Shown: positions 9,840 to 20,508 of the stretch, in pieces
Layout: the number at the start of each line of letters is the position of its first letter
Position numbering within the stretch: the stretch's first letter is position 1
Source: an uncultured cyanobacterium
GTDB taxonomy: Bacteria > Cyanobacteriota > Cyanobacteriia > CAKZMO01
Reading direction: 5' to 3'
Assembly: GCA_963719515.1 (NCBI GenBank)
Contig: CAVRCJ010000003.1
Coordinates: 608,001 to 672,000 of the forward strand
DNA: 64,000 nt
The notes under the pieces: model-generated
What the model saw: only the letters and a program-made list of their open reading frames with translations
What the model was told of the DNA's origin: nothing
Databases searched by the model: none
Program-made: the position numbers and the translations under genes

Positions 9840-12395
9840 ATGACTAACTTTGTGACCCGGTTTAGAGCCATATCCGGCTGGCTAGCGCACCGGTCATCGT
9901 CTCAAGATTCAGCCGTCGTGGGGGAGCCCGGATCTCCTGGGAACGCGCCCCAAGCTGCCCGCGTCAAGCCGGTCTCAGTTGAAGGCGCAACCGTAGACGG
10001 CGCGACCGTAGACGGCGCGACCGTAGACGGCACAAAAGGCAGCTCCCCTGAGCCTACTCCCCCGGCTGAGCCTGTCCGAGTCAACTGGTTGGCCTGGGCG
10101 ATAGCGGGTGCTGGCGCCCTGGCGGCTGGCACTCTGTTTGCGGGCGCATACACCATCGAGACCATCCGCGATGGTCTTCCGGAAACCGATGAGGTGCTGA
10201 CGTTCGTCCGTGATGGCACGCTGACGATCAAGGCGAACGACGGCAACATTCTCCAGCAGACCGGCCCCGCCACCCGGGACAAGCTCTCTTTCGAAGAAAT
10301 TCCGCCTCAGCTGGTACAGGCTTTTGTGGCGGCAGAGGACAAGAAATTTTACGAACATTCTGGCGTCGACTATAAGGCGATCGCCCGCGCCACTTACGCC
10401 AACCTGCAGGCGGGTGGGGTGATTGAGGGCGCGAGCACCATCACCCAGCAGCTGGCCCGCGTCGTGTTTCTTGACCAGTCGCGTACCGCCGAGCGCAAGG
10501 TCCGCGAAGCGCTGCTGGCTCAAGAGATCGAAGATAATCTCAGCAAGCAGCAAATTTTAGAGAGTTACCTCAACCTGGTTTACCTCGGCGGCGGGGCCTA
10601 CGGCGTTGCCGACGCCGCTTGGATCTACTTTTCGAAGCCCACTGAGGAGCTGACGCTGTCTGAAATGGCAACAATCGCAGGGCTGGCCCCGGCCCCGAGC
10701 GTCTATTCACCCCTGGTGGATTTGGACGCGGCTCAAAAGCGGCGGGACCTAACCCTACAGCGCATGGTGGACGTCGAATTCATTACTGCCGGTGAAATGG
10801 AGCAGGTTGCTGCAACGCCGCTGGAGATCGCGCCGAGCCAGCCCAAAAACCTCTACAGCCCCAGCCCTTACTTCACGACGTTTGTAAAGCAAGAGCTGCC
10901 CAACCACGTCTCCTCAGAAGATCTGGCCGCGGGCGGCCTTACGGTGGAAACTACTCTGAACGTCGCCTGGCAAAAGAAGGCAGAAGAGACCGTCGCTTCA
11001 GCTATTGAGCGCTACGGCGGCAGAGAGAACTTCAAGCAGGCGGCACTGGTGGTCATTGAGCCTGACACCGGCGAAATTCGCGCCATGGTGGGGGGCAACG
11101 ACTTTGAAGAAGGCAAGTTCAACCGGGTGACTCAGGCCCAGCGACAGCCCGGCTCCACCTTCAAGGCTATCGTCTACGCGGCGGCGATCGCCGCCGGATT
11201 TTCCCCCTACAAGGCCTACGAAGATGAAAAGGTCGATATTGACGGCTACAAGCCTGAGAACTACGGCAAGACCTACCGAGGCAGCGTCTCTATTCGGGAT
11301 GCCCTCACCTCTTCCATCAATATCGTCGCCATCAAAACCCTAATCGATGTCGGGTTTGACCCCGTCGTCAACCTGGCTCATAAAATGGGCATCAGCTCCG
11401 ATCTGGTTCCTGCCTATTCCCTCGCCTTAGGCACCTCAGAGGTGAACCTGTTAGAGATGACCGCAAGCTACGGTACCCTCGCCGCCGAAGGTCTCTATAT
11501 TCCGCCCCACAGCATTACTCGGGTCCTGAACCGCAATAATGAGGTAATCTACGACGCGAGCTTTGAACCCCAGCGGGCTTTAGACCAAGAGAGCGCCAAC
11601 ATCACCACCTGGATGCTCCGCAACGTGGTCAACAGCGGCACCGGCAGCCGGGCGCGGCTTGACCGACCGGTGGCGGGTAAGACAGGCACTACGGAAGCCC
11701 GCCGAGATCTGTGGTTTGTCGGCTATATTCCCCAGGTTGTCACCGGGGTGTGGCTGGGCAACGACGACGACACCCCCACCTGGGGCGCTAGCGCTACGGC
11801 GGCGCAGGTGTGGCGCAACTTTATGGACACTATTGAGGAAGAGATCCCGTTTGAGGATTTCCCAGAGCGCCCGAGCCTTAACGGCCGCGAAGCCACCATC
11901 GAAGCGCAGCCCGTCAAGCCTAAACGAATGCGATCGCTGGGGGGAGTAACCTCTCCTAGCGAAGGCCGCTCTTCTGGTTCATCCGGCTCGTCGCGCTCGT
12001 CCGGCTCATCGCGCTCTTCCGAGTCCCGCCGCTCGCGTTCCCGCCGCTCCGATCCTGAGCCCTCTCGCCAGTCGAGCGGCTCTTCTAGCCCGAGTCCAGA
12101 ACCGAGGCGCAGAGAGACCTCTGGGGGTACGCCCGCGCCGCGCCCAGACCTACAGCCTAGACAGGACGCCCCAACTAGACCCGCACTTACACCTCGAACA
12201 GATTTAGAGCCTCGGTCAGCACCGCCCCCTAGCGCTGCGCCTGCTCCCCCCCCCGCCCCTGCGCCCGCTCCTGCTCCTGCGCCTGCTCCCCCTCCCGCCC
12301 CTGCACCCGCACCACCGCCCGTGCCTCAGGCCGCACCGATTACCCCGAGCGCCACGCCGACACCGCTGCCTGCAAACCCTGCTCCATCAGAGTAG
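9840..12395 (+). CDS. Class A penicillin-binding protein (PBP1A family) with Ser/Pro-rich tail
   Basis: EDKKFYEHSG, GASTITQQLAR, RKVRE, QPGSTFK, SIN, AGKTGT motifs. Confidence 0.93.
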   Translation: MTNFVTRFRAISGWLAHRSSSQDSAVVGEPGSPGNAPQAARVKPVSVEGATVDGATVDGATVDGTKGSSPEPTPPAEPVRVNWLAWAIAGAGALAAGTLFAGAYTIETIRDGLPETDEVLTFVRDGTLTIKANDGNILQQTGPATRDKLSFEEIPPQLVQAFVAAEDKKFYEHSGVDYKAIARATYANLQAGGVIEGASTITQQLARVVFLDQSRTAERKVREALLAQEIEDNLSKQQILESYLNLVYLGGGAYGVADAAWIYFSKPTEELTLSEMATIAGLAPAPSVYSPLVDLDAAQKRRDLTLQRMVDVEFITAGEMEQVAATPLEIAPSQPKNLYSPSPYFTTFVKQELPNHVSSEDLAAGGLTVETTLNVAWQKKAEETVASAIERYGGRENFKQAALVVIEPDTGEIRAMVGGNDFEEGKFNRVTQAQRQPGSTFKAIVYAAAIAAGFSPYKAYEDEKVDIDGYKPENYGKTYRGSVSIRDALTSSINIVAIKTLIDVGFDPVVNLAHKMGISSDLVPAYSLALGTSEVNLLEMTASYGTLAAEGLYIPPHSITRVLNRNNEVIYDASFEPQRALDQESANITTWMLRNVVNSGTGSRARLDRPVAGKTGTTEARRDLWFVGYIPQVVTGVWLGNDDDTPTWGASATAAQVWRNFMDTIEEEIPFEDFPERPSLNGREATIEAQPVKPKRMRSLGGVTSPSEGRSSGSSGSSRSSGSSRSSESRRSRSRRSDPEPSRQSSGSSSPSPEPRRRETSGGTPAPRPDLQPRQDAPTRPALTPRTDLEPRSAPPPSAAPAPPPAPAPAPAPAPAPPPAPAPAPPPVPQAAPITPSATPTPLPANPAPSE

Positions 12396-12431
12396 GCACA
12401 CCGTAGGTACATGGCGTAGGCATAAGGCAGC

Positions 12432-13301
12432 TTAGACCGTTTCTAGCCAGTCTAAGCAAGTTTGCATGGCTCTAGCCATGGCCTCCCCCCTGCTGTGGTA
12501 GCGCCGTCCATGCCCCGGCAGCACCCATTCAAATGAATAGTCAGCTAGCCGATGCATAGATTCCTTGAGCTGCGGCCAGGAATACCAGCAGTGTCGGCGA
12601 AAGGCATAGAGCTGCTGCAGCGAGTTAGACCAGGCTAGGTGGTCTCCGGTGAACAAGACCTTGTCATAGAGCAGCACTGTATGACCTTTGGTATGCCCTG
12701 GGACAGGAATAATTGTTAGATCGGGTGCAAGCTGAATGGGATCACTGCCGGTGAGCGGCCGCTCTATCCCCCGGGTATCGTCCGTAATGTCGCCTTCGTG
12801 GAGAAGGCGATCGCATCCAAAGCGGTCGCGAAATTTTTGGTGGTCAGCGACGTCGTCTCGGTGGGTGAGATAGAGGTAGCGTATGCCGCCCATGGCTTCT
12901 AGCTGCTTGGCCAAGGGCGGCGTAAAGCGAGGTGAATCAACTAAGACGTTGCCTTCAGGCCGCTGAATGAAGTAGCTAGCTGCGCCAAAAGACTTTTCTG
13001 AGTGATAGCCGCAGTGGTAAACATTACCTTCGATAGGCAGCGGGAACTGCTGCTGCACGGCCTTGATGTCGGACGGTGGGGTGACGGTACCGATAGAGGC
13101 GGTGGGACAGGCAAGCAAAGCCTGTAGAGCGTGCTGCCGCTCAGCTTCGGCCTGAGGCTGGTGGTAAACGGCGGAGCGATCTCCTTGGCGATTGAAGGTC
13201 TCTGGGGCCATCCAGCGACAGGTATCGCAGTCAATGCAGGTGCGATCGACGTAGAGGTCGCCGCCGATGTTTTCGGGTCGGCGCTGGGTAAGCTGTGCCA
13301 T
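12432..13301 (-). CDS. Ferredoxin-fused MBL-fold metallo-hydrolase
   Basis: CIDCDTC...CP N-terminus; THRDDVADH, PGHT, TGDH, PGHG. Confidence 0.88.
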   Translation of the reverse strand: MAQLTQRRPENIGGDLYVDRTCIDCDTCRWMAPETFNRQGDRSAVYHQPQAEAERQHALQALLACPTASIGTVTPPSDIKAVQQQFPLPIEGNVYHCGYHSEKSFGAASYFIQRPEGNVLVDSPRFTPPLAKQLEAMGGIRYLYLTHRDDVADHQKFRDRFGCDRLLHEGDITDDTRGIERPLTGSDPIQLAPDLTIIPVPGHTKGHTVLLYDKVLFTGDHLAWSNSLQQLYAFRRHCWYSWPQLKESMHRLADYSFEWVLPGHGRRYHSRGEAMARAMQTCLDWLETV

Positions 13302-13384
13302 AGAAATCCATTCTCATAACGACTATGGATTTCTATATTAGCTTGCCTCCCAAAGGGTCTTAGCTATGACATTTTGACAGCGCG

Positions 13385-13990
13385 TCAGGACTCATCATTC
13401 ATCACCGTGATGCCTGAGAGAGGCCGGTAAGTGTAGCTCTGCTGCCGGGGCGTCTTCTGAATATCTTCCGTGATAGAGTCCAAATCGATATAGCGATCGG
13501 CAACATTGATCAAGCTGTCGCTCGTCATTGAGCGCAGGCTGACCACCTCAACACGAGCGCCGCGATAGCTGACGGCGTCTACCGCATAGGCCAAATCACC
13601 GTCTCCGCTCACCAAAATAGCGGTGTCGTAAGATCCGACTAAAGCCATCATATCCACCGCAATCTCAACGTCTAGATTGGCTTTTTTAGATCCATCAGGA
13701 AGCTGAACCAAGTCCTTTGCTACGACACGGTAGCCGTTGCGGCGCATCCACAGCAAGAAGCCCTGCTGCTTTTCGTTAGTGCGATCGACGCCGGTGTAGA
13801 AAAACGAGCGAAGGAGGCGGGACCCCCCTGTCAGTCGACACAGCAGCTTCGTGTAATCTATTTCAATGCCGAGCTGCAGGGCGGCATAAAACAGGTTCGA
13901 ACCATCAATGAAGATAGCAATCCGGCCTCGATTTTCAAGCACCTGCTCGGGCGTAAAAACAGTGTCACTATCAAAGCTACTATTCATCAT
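13385..13990 (-). CDS. LabA-like NYN domain protein
   Basis: IFIDGSNLFY, KANLDVEIAVD, LVSGDGDL. Confidence 0.9.
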   Translation of the reverse strand: MMNSSFDSDTVFTPEQVLENRGRIAIFIDGSNLFYAALQLGIEIDYTKLLCRLTGGSRLLRSFFYTGVDRTNEKQQGFLLWMRRNGYRVVAKDLVQLPDGSKKANLDVEIAVDMMALVGSYDTAILVSGDGDLAYAVDAVSYRGARVEVVSLRSMTSDSLINVADRYIDLDSITEDIQKTPRQQSYTYRPLSGITVMNDES

Positions 13991-14136
13991 GACGTCAAAA
14001 CCTCTTAAAAAATGATCTCGTAAAGAGTAATAAAAGCAGTAGGGTCGGTTACTAAAAAGGCGAAAAGTAACTCTGGCGCGCGGCCTGAGAGTTCTTTGTC
14101 TATCGTGATACTAGCAGACTGAACGAAGTACCGATA

Positions 14137-15747
14137 CTACAAGGCCTTTTCAGCCACATCAGCCGAAGGATCGAGACGCTGAAAAATTGGGCTCGCCTCT
14201 CCCAACGGCTGCTGGGCCGGAAGCCTCCCCCAGCTTCCGTGATGTTCAAGAAGTGCGGCATGACGCGGCACATCGTCAAAATCTACGGCGAATCCAAGCT
14301 GCTGATAGATTTTATTGCTCAAGCTAGGAATCACAGGCGCTAGCAGGTATGCGGCCAGTCGAACCGTTTCTAGAACAGCGTATAAAACCTCCTCAACTTG
14401 GGCCTGCTGGCCCTGTTTGTACAAAGACCAAGGAGCCCGGTCGTCGATGTACTTATTGCTCGCCCGAATGAGCGACAGCACAGCTTCACAGCCCTCGCTA
14501 AATGCCAGAGCCTCGAAAGCCTGCTCTACTTTGGATGGAAGCGCCGTTCCGCCGCTTTTAAGGGTGTCATCGTCGCTAATTTTTGCGATCGCCACGTTGG
14601 GGACGCGGCGATCGCAGTATTTGTAGGCCATTTTTAAAGTTCGGTTGAGCAAATTACCCAAATCATTGGCCAGGTCAGCGTTGAGAATGTTGATAAAGCG
14701 CTCTTCACTAAAATCTCCATCTCGCCCTAGCTCAATTTCTTTCATAAAGTAATACCGCACCGCGTCTGAGCCGTATTGATCCGTTAGCCTTACGGGATCC
14801 AAAACATTCCCCAAACTTTTGCCCATCTTCTGCCCATCTTTAGTCAAGAAGCCATGACCAAATACTCGATCCGGCAAGGGCAAACCCGCCGACATCAGCA
14901 TGGCGGGCCAGTACACAGCATGAAAGCGCAGGATATCTTTTCCAATTAGGTGGAGATTAATGGGCCACCACCGCTTGAGCGCGTTGTCTAAGGTCGGGTC
15001 GTCGTCCGGCTCTAGCAGCGCGGTGACGTATCCCAGCAGGGCGTCAAACCACACGTAAAGCGTATGCTTATCGTCTCCCGGTACGGGAAATCCCCAGTCG
15101 AGGTTCACCCGCGAGATCGAAAAATCCTGCAGCCCGCGCTCTACAAAGCTCAAGACCTCGTTGCGGCGCATGCCGGGCTGGATAAAGTCTGGGCGTTCTC
15201 GGTAGAGCGCCTCTAGCTTTTGCTGATAGCGGGACAGACGAAAAAAGTAATTTTGCTCATCCCGCCACTCCACTTTGAGGTTGGGGTGCAGGGGACAATG
15301 CTGATTTTCAAGCAGCTCTCGCTCTTCTTTAAATTCCTCGCAAGCAACGCAGTAGTGGCCCTGCTGCTGCCCGAGATAGATGTCGTCATTCTTCTGTACG
15401 CGCTCAAAAAACTCGCGCACGATCGCCTCATGCTTGGGGGCAGTGGTGCGGCTAAAGCGATCCTGCTGAATATTGAGCTGCTCCCACAGAGCAACAAAGC
15501 TCTTAACCACTAGATCGCAGTGCTCCTGGGGCGATCGCCCTGCCTGCATCGCCGTCCGCTCGATCTTTTGCCCATGCTCATCTGTCCCCGTAATCATCAG
15601 TACAGGGCGTCCCATTAGCCGATGGAAGCGGGCGACTACATCCGCGGCAATGGTGGTATACGCGCTGCCCATGTGGGGCACATCGTTGACGTAGTAAAGC
15701 GGAGTGGTGACCGCAAAGGGGCGGCGCTCAGAAGAGTCAAAGGTCAT
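14137..15747 (-). CDS. metG: Methionine--tRNA ligase
   Basis: TTPLYYVNDVPHMGSAY, GTDEHGQK, YVWFDAL, KMGKSLGN. Confidence 0.97.
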   Translation of the reverse strand: MTFDSSERRPFAVTTPLYYVNDVPHMGSAYTTIAADVVARFHRLMGRPVLMITGTDEHGQKIERTAMQAGRSPQEHCDLVVKSFVALWEQLNIQQDRFSRTTAPKHEAIVREFFERVQKNDDIYLGQQQGHYCVACEEFKEERELLENQHCPLHPNLKVEWRDEQNYFFRLSRYQQKLEALYRERPDFIQPGMRRNEVLSFVERGLQDFSISRVNLDWGFPVPGDDKHTLYVWFDALLGYVTALLEPDDDPTLDNALKRWWPINLHLIGKDILRFHAVYWPAMLMSAGLPLPDRVFGHGFLTKDGQKMGKSLGNVLDPVRLTDQYGSDAVRYYFMKEIELGRDGDFSEERFINILNADLANDLGNLLNRTLKMAYKYCDRRVPNVAIAKISDDDTLKSGGTALPSKVEQAFEALAFSEGCEAVLSLIRASNKYIDDRAPWSLYKQGQQAQVEEVLYAVLETVRLAAYLLAPVIPSLSNKIYQQLGFAVDFDDVPRHAALLEHHGSWGRLPAQQPLGEASPIFQRLDPSADVAEKAL

Positions 15748-16112
15748 AACATCTATTGCACTACCAAAAGCAGGACCAGCCGCAATTAACGCAGCCCTCA
15801 CTGAACTAGATCTATTCTATGGGGGGATCTCGGCGAAGAACCTTAAGTGATTACGTGGTTTGAGCCGCTAGCGCTGCTAGAGGGCAGGATTGACCCATCA
15901 CTTTCTAACCTAGGTCAAGCTGATTCTCACCAACGACGGGTTTGTAACGTTCTGTTAAAAGAGTACAACTATTACAGGGGCATGATAGGACAGCCCGAGG
16001 GCGCAGTGCCCGGCAGACTTAGCGCACCTAGTTTGAAGTGCATTCAATCCCGCTCCGCTAAGGGACTGCTGCTAAATACACAACTTTCGAGAGCTGAAGC
16101 GCTTAGTTAGCC

Positions 16113-16832
16113 ATGGTTGATCGTCGTCCACTCCAACTGTCTCATCAAATTCTCTCTGCGGCAGGAACCCGCCTCTACGTTCACCATCGCGATCGCGTCC
16201 CTCTAGATGACGCGGTCATCGTTGTCAGCAACCACCGTAGCTTCATGGACGCCTGCGTTCTGATGGCGGCGCTAGACCGACCGGTACGCTTCGCCTGTCA
16301 CCACTACATGGGCGAGGTGCCGGTGATGCGAGAGTTCGTAGACCGCTTAGGCTGCTTCCCGCTTAAGACCCCCGATCGCCGTCAGCACGCCTTCTTCCAG
16401 CAGTCCAGCGATCTGCTCAACACCGGCCAGGTGGTGGGGATTTTCCCCGAAGGCACCCAGCCTATGGTCAACCTAATGGCCCCCAGCAGTATTCGTAAGT
16501 TTCAGCGAGGCTTTGCCCACCTTGCCCTTAGAGCTCCCGTTCAAGAGCTGGCGGTTCTGCCGGTGGCGATCGCGGCGACTTCAGAGCTGAGTGGTCCGGC
16601 CTTTCCGCTGCGGGCGCTCCACTGGATTGACCCCTCCGAGCCCCTATTTGACCGCCCCGGCTGGCACCCTATTGTCGTCTATCAGCAGGTGACGGTGTTT
16701 ATTGGTCAGCCCATCTGGATTCGGGCTAGCGATCGCCAGCAGTATGACGGTAAGCAGGCGCGGCAGGCAGTGCAGGCTTTGACCGACCAATGTCACCAGG
16801 AAATTTCTGACCTGCAGCAGCAAGCCTTTTGA
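16113..16832 (+). CDS. 1-acyl-sn-glycerol-3-phosphate acyltransferase (PlsC family)
   Basis: SNHRSFMD and IFPEGT motifs. Confidence 0.88.
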   Translation: MVDRRPLQLSHQILSAAGTRLYVHHRDRVPLDDAVIVVSNHRSFMDACVLMAALDRPVRFACHHYMGEVPVMREFVDRLGCFPLKTPDRRQHAFFQQSSDLLNTGQVVGIFPEGTQPMVNLMAPSSIRKFQRGFAHLALRAPVQELAVLPVAIAATSELSGPAFPLRALHWIDPSEPLFDRPGWHPIVVYQQVTVFIGQPIWIRASDRQQYDGKQARQAVQALTDQCHQEISDLQQQAF

Positions 16833-16936
16833 GTGAACAAGCGCACATGAGTGAACAAGCGCACAGAATCAAACTCATGACATTTTGTAGATTGTTCTCA
16901 AATCGCTTTTTAGAAGTCCCTCAGTAGAAATCAATC

Positions 16937-17776
16937 ATGACCACCGACCCAGCTCCAGACTCAATGTTTTTTCTCAATCCCCAGCGGAAACAGCCCTGTC
17001 AGGAGGACATGCCTCTATTTGTCTTCCTGCCCGGCATGGACGGCACTGGAGAACTGCTCTACCTGCAAACGGAAAGCTTACAGTGCAGCTTCGACATTCG
17101 CTGTCTGGTTATTCCGGCGACCGATAAGAGCAGCTGGGACCAGATGGCAGACAGCGTCGTCGACCTAATTGAGCGAGAGCTAGAGACCCAAACGCGACGG
17201 GTTTACCTCTGTGGTGAGTCCTTTGGGGGCTGCTTAGCGCAAAAGGTGGTGACGCGATCGCCTCATCTTATTGACCGGCTGGTCTTGATTAATCCGGCCT
17301 CCTCTTTTCAGCAGCGTTCCCTACTCACCTGGGGCTCACAATTCACCCAATACATCCCCGATGCCGTTTATCGCTCCTCCTGCGTTTGCCTGATGCCGCT
17401 CTTGGTGCAGATGAAGCAGCTCAGCGCTCACGATAAAAATGAGCTCCTGCGAGCTATGCGATCGGTTTCTCGCGATGGTGCAGCCTGGCGACTGTCTCTT
17501 CTGAAAGACTTTGATGTCACCGACGAGCGGCTGCAACAGCTGCAGCTGCCTGTCTTAGTGATTGCCGGAGGCCGCGACAGGCTGCTACCCTCCGTGGACG
17601 AAGCCGAACGCTTGGCCGAGGCCATCCCCAATGCTCAAATGTACGCCCTCCCCGAAAGCGGCCACGCCTGCTTGCTCGAAGCCAACGTCAACCTCAGCAA
17701 CATTCTAAAGTCAACCCAATTCGCCCCAGAACTGCGCCACGACGCCCCTACTCAGGTCGCCTCAACACCGTCTTAG
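16937..17776 (+). CDS. Alpha/beta hydrolase
   Basis: LPGMDGTG, GESFGG nucleophile elbow, SGHACLLE. Confidence 0.88.
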   Translation: MTTDPAPDSMFFLNPQRKQPCQEDMPLFVFLPGMDGTGELLYLQTESLQCSFDIRCLVIPATDKSSWDQMADSVVDLIERELETQTRRVYLCGESFGGCLAQKVVTRSPHLIDRLVLINPASSFQQRSLLTWGSQFTQYIPDAVYRSSCVCLMPLLVQMKQLSAHDKNELLRAMRSVSRDGAAWRLSLLKDFDVTDERLQQLQLPVLVIAGGRDRLLPSVDEAERLAEAIPNAQMYALPESGHACLLEANVNLSNILKSTQFAPELRHDAPTQVASTPS

Positions 17777-17941
17777 GGCAAAGGGGATCAAGGGGGCCGT
17801 CGCGCTAAAATCCCCCGCTCAGCGCTACTATCAGCACCACGCTAGAGCCGATATGGGACAGGTGAAATGGTAGGCTTCTAAGTAAGTCAAGTACTGTTAT
17901 CGGTGGATCTGGCTGTCCAAAATTTAGGAGAGAATCTTGAT

Positions 17942-18367
17942 ATGAAACGACTGGCAAATATACTTACGCTGGCTGCAATTCTTGTATTTACGAGCGTTGC
18001 TGGTGCCGTAGGACTCCCTGCGCAGGCTAGCCCTTCTCAACTGACCCTATTGACCCCAGCTCCCCTGTTGGCCGTAGAGCGACGCAATTCGGTTGATGAG
18101 AAGGCGCGTAAGGTGGGCTACAAGGTCGACCTGAACAACTCCAACATTCGAGCCTTCATTCCCCTCAGAGGCATGTATCCGACCTTGGGAGGCATGATCG
18201 TTCGCTATAGCCCGTTTGAATCAGTTGACGAAATCTTCGCAATGCCGGGGCTATCGGAACGGCAGAAAGAGGTTCTCGAGAGCCATCGGGATGAGTTTGT
18301 CGTGACGGCGCCTGAGGCTGCCTTTACGGAAGGGGCCGATCGCTTCAACAATGGCGTTTACAAATAA
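17942..18367 (+). CDS. psbU: Photosystem II extrinsic protein PsbU
   Basis: Signal peptide; KVDLNNSNIRAF..LRGMYPTL..., DRFNNGVYK. Confidence 0.95.
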   Translation: MKRLANILTLAAILVFTSVAGAVGLPAQASPSQLTLLTPAPLLAVERRNSVDEKARKVGYKVDLNNSNIRAFIPLRGMYPTLGGMIVRYSPFESVDEIFAMPGLSERQKEVLESHRDEFVVTAPEAAFTEGADRFNNGVYK

Positions 18368-18456
18368 GCTTCTAGCAGCCCAGAAAGGCGGTTCGGATTC
18401 AGACTACCGTGAAGGCACAGGCTGTCTACCCCACTAAGGGAACCCAAGCCGCTTAT

Positions 18457-18491
18457 CAGGACTCCAGGCTATAGCTTGGGGTTCTGTTTTT
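18457..18491 (+). terminator. Rho-independent terminator after psbU
   Basis: caggactccaggc-tata-gcttggggttctg stem followed by ttttt. Confidence 0.6.
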
Positions 18492-18623
18492 AGAAGTCTT
18501 GCCATACTCCCCGTACGCTCCGCCGGACAGTCTTGCGGTTTGACCGCCCTGGTTAAGCTCTAGTTCGAACTGAGAGGATGACCCACTGCGCCCCTCTACC
18601 CCCTATGCCTATCCCTCACCACC

Positions 18624-20369
18624 TTGAGCCCAAGTCGCGTGTCTAATTTTGACGTCCTTGTTGTTGGGGCCGGTGCTGCTGGGCTATATGCCTCGCTATG
18701 CCTGCCCCCTCATCTCAGGGTAGGTCTCATCACAAAAGACACCGTATCCCAATCGGCCAGTGATTGGGCCCAAGGCGGCATCGCGGCGGCAGTGGCCCCA
18801 GATGATTCTCCCCTGCTCCACGTCAACGACACCCTTGAGGCCGGGGCTGGGCTGTGCGATCGCGCTGCCGTCGAGCTGATGGCTCAGCAGGCCCAGGACT
18901 GCATTCAGGCGCTGCTCAGCATGGGGGTCGCCTTCGATCGAACGGGTGAAGGGCTCGCGCTGACTCTGGAGGCGGCCCACTCCCGGCGACGAGTTTTGCA
19001 TGCTGCCGACACTACAGGCCGAGCGATCGTCGCCATTCTGGGCCAGCAGGTGCTGCAGCGCCCCAATATTCAGGTGATCAACCAGGCGTTTGTGCTGGAT
19101 CTGTGGATGGCGGATGAGGGACGACGCTCTGCTGAAGGGACGCAGACCTGCAGCGGCGTCATTTTGCTTTGTCAGGGCAAAGTTCGGTGGGTGGCGGCCC
19201 AGGCGGTGGTTTTGGCCACCGGGGGCGGGGGGCAGGTTTTCTCAAACACCACAAACCCCTCCCTCAGCACAGGGGACGGCGTGGCGATGGCCTGGCGTGC
19301 TGGAGCCGACCTCAGAGACCTAGAGTTTGTTCAGTTTCACCCCACCGCATTGGCCAAGGCCGGGGCACCGCGGTTTTTGATTAGCGAAGCGGTGCGGGGG
19401 GAAGGTGCCCATCTGGTCGATCGAGACGGCCATCGCTTTGCGTTTGAATACCACGAGGCGGGAGAGCTTGCGCCCCGCGACATCGTCAGCCGAGCCATCG
19501 TCAGCCATTTAGAACGGACGGGCGACTCCCAAGTGTGGCTCGACCTGCGCCCCATCTCCCGCGATCGCATCCAGCATCGATTTCCCAACATCATCAGCGT
19601 GTGTCAGCAGTGGGGCGTCGATCCCATGCGGGAGATGATTCCGGTGTCGCCCGCTGCCCATTACTGGATGGGCGGCGTACTCACCGACCTCAGCAGCTGC
19701 ACCACTCTCAGCAATGTCTATGCCGTGGGAGAAACCGCTAGCACGGGGGTTCACGGCGCCAACCGGCTAGCCAGCAACTCGCTGCTAGAGTGCCTGGTAT
19801 TTGGCGCTCAGCTCGCTAAGCTGAAGCTACCGCCCTCTAGCGGAGCGTTGAATGAGGCAAAAACATTGCCAAGCAGAGAAAATTTAGGGGAGCGCGCGAT
19901 CGCCGCTCTTTTGCCTCAGCCCAGTGCGGCGGGGGCCGACGCCTTGTCGGAGCCAGAGCGGCTAGCCGAGCTGACCCAGATTCACCGTGAGCTGCCGCAG
20001 CTGATGTGGACCAGCGCCGGCATCCTGCGTCACCAAGACGCGATCGCTGCGGCGGCGGTGCAGGTGGCGCAGTGGCGCGAGCGGGTGTCTCAGCTTTCCC
20101 CGCTCACGCGAGCCGCCCTCCTGCAAGGGAATCCAGCAGCGGGCAGCAGTCAGCTGTGGGGAGAAACCCGCAACCTATTGGACATTGCGGCTCTCATCCT
20201 TCAAGGGGCTCTATTTCGAGAAGAGAGTCGCGGCGGCCACTACCGCAGCGATTTTCCTAAAGTTGACGCGGCTTGGCAAGCCCATACGCTGATTCGCGGT
20301 GGCGACATCTGGCTAGAGCAGCCTAATTTAGAAGGGCTAGACGCGGCTTCAGTCGAAACGACTCAATAG
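18624..20369 (+). CDS. nadB: L-aspartate oxidase
   Basis: GAGAAG, WAQGGIAA, QFHPT, SEAVRGEG, GVHGANRLASNSLLE, ESRGGHYRSDFP. Confidence 0.95.
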   Translation: MSPSRVSNFDVLVVGAGAAGLYASLCLPPHLRVGLITKDTVSQSASDWAQGGIAAAVAPDDSPLLHVNDTLEAGAGLCDRAAVELMAQQAQDCIQALLSMGVAFDRTGEGLALTLEAAHSRRRVLHAADTTGRAIVAILGQQVLQRPNIQVINQAFVLDLWMADEGRRSAEGTQTCSGVILLCQGKVRWVAAQAVVLATGGGGQVFSNTTNPSLSTGDGVAMAWRAGADLRDLEFVQFHPTALAKAGAPRFLISEAVRGEGAHLVDRDGHRFAFEYHEAGELAPRDIVSRAIVSHLERTGDSQVWLDLRPISRDRIQHRFPNIISVCQQWGVDPMREMIPVSPAAHYWMGGVLTDLSSCTTLSNVYAVGETASTGVHGANRLASNSLLECLVFGAQLAKLKLPPSSGALNEAKTLPSRENLGERAIAALLPQPSAAGADALSEPERLAELTQIHRELPQLMWTSAGILRHQDAIAAAAVQVAQWRERVSQLSPLTRAALLQGNPAAGSSQLWGETRNLLDIAALILQGALFREESRGGHYRSDFPKVDAAWQAHTLIRGGDIWLEQPNLEGLDAASVETTQ

Positions 20370-20508
20370 AGCTCCTTGTAACCGGCGGGGTCGGAGAAGT
20401 CGGTGCTGAGAACTGGGCCGCAGCGATCTAAGATACTGAAAACATCCCTCCTACAGTCCCCTCTAAAGGGGGAGACCTACAGCGGTTTCCCCGCTAACCC
20501 TTCGCGCC

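Noticed and set aside
11950..12395. Repeats in the PBP tail (and VDGAT x3 near 9985-10030)
   Set aside because: Ordinary low-complexity Ser/Pro/Ala coding linkers.
16830..16865. 18-bp tandem duplication tgagtgaacaagcgcaca
   Set aside because: Two copies only, at a stop codon; most simply replication slippage.
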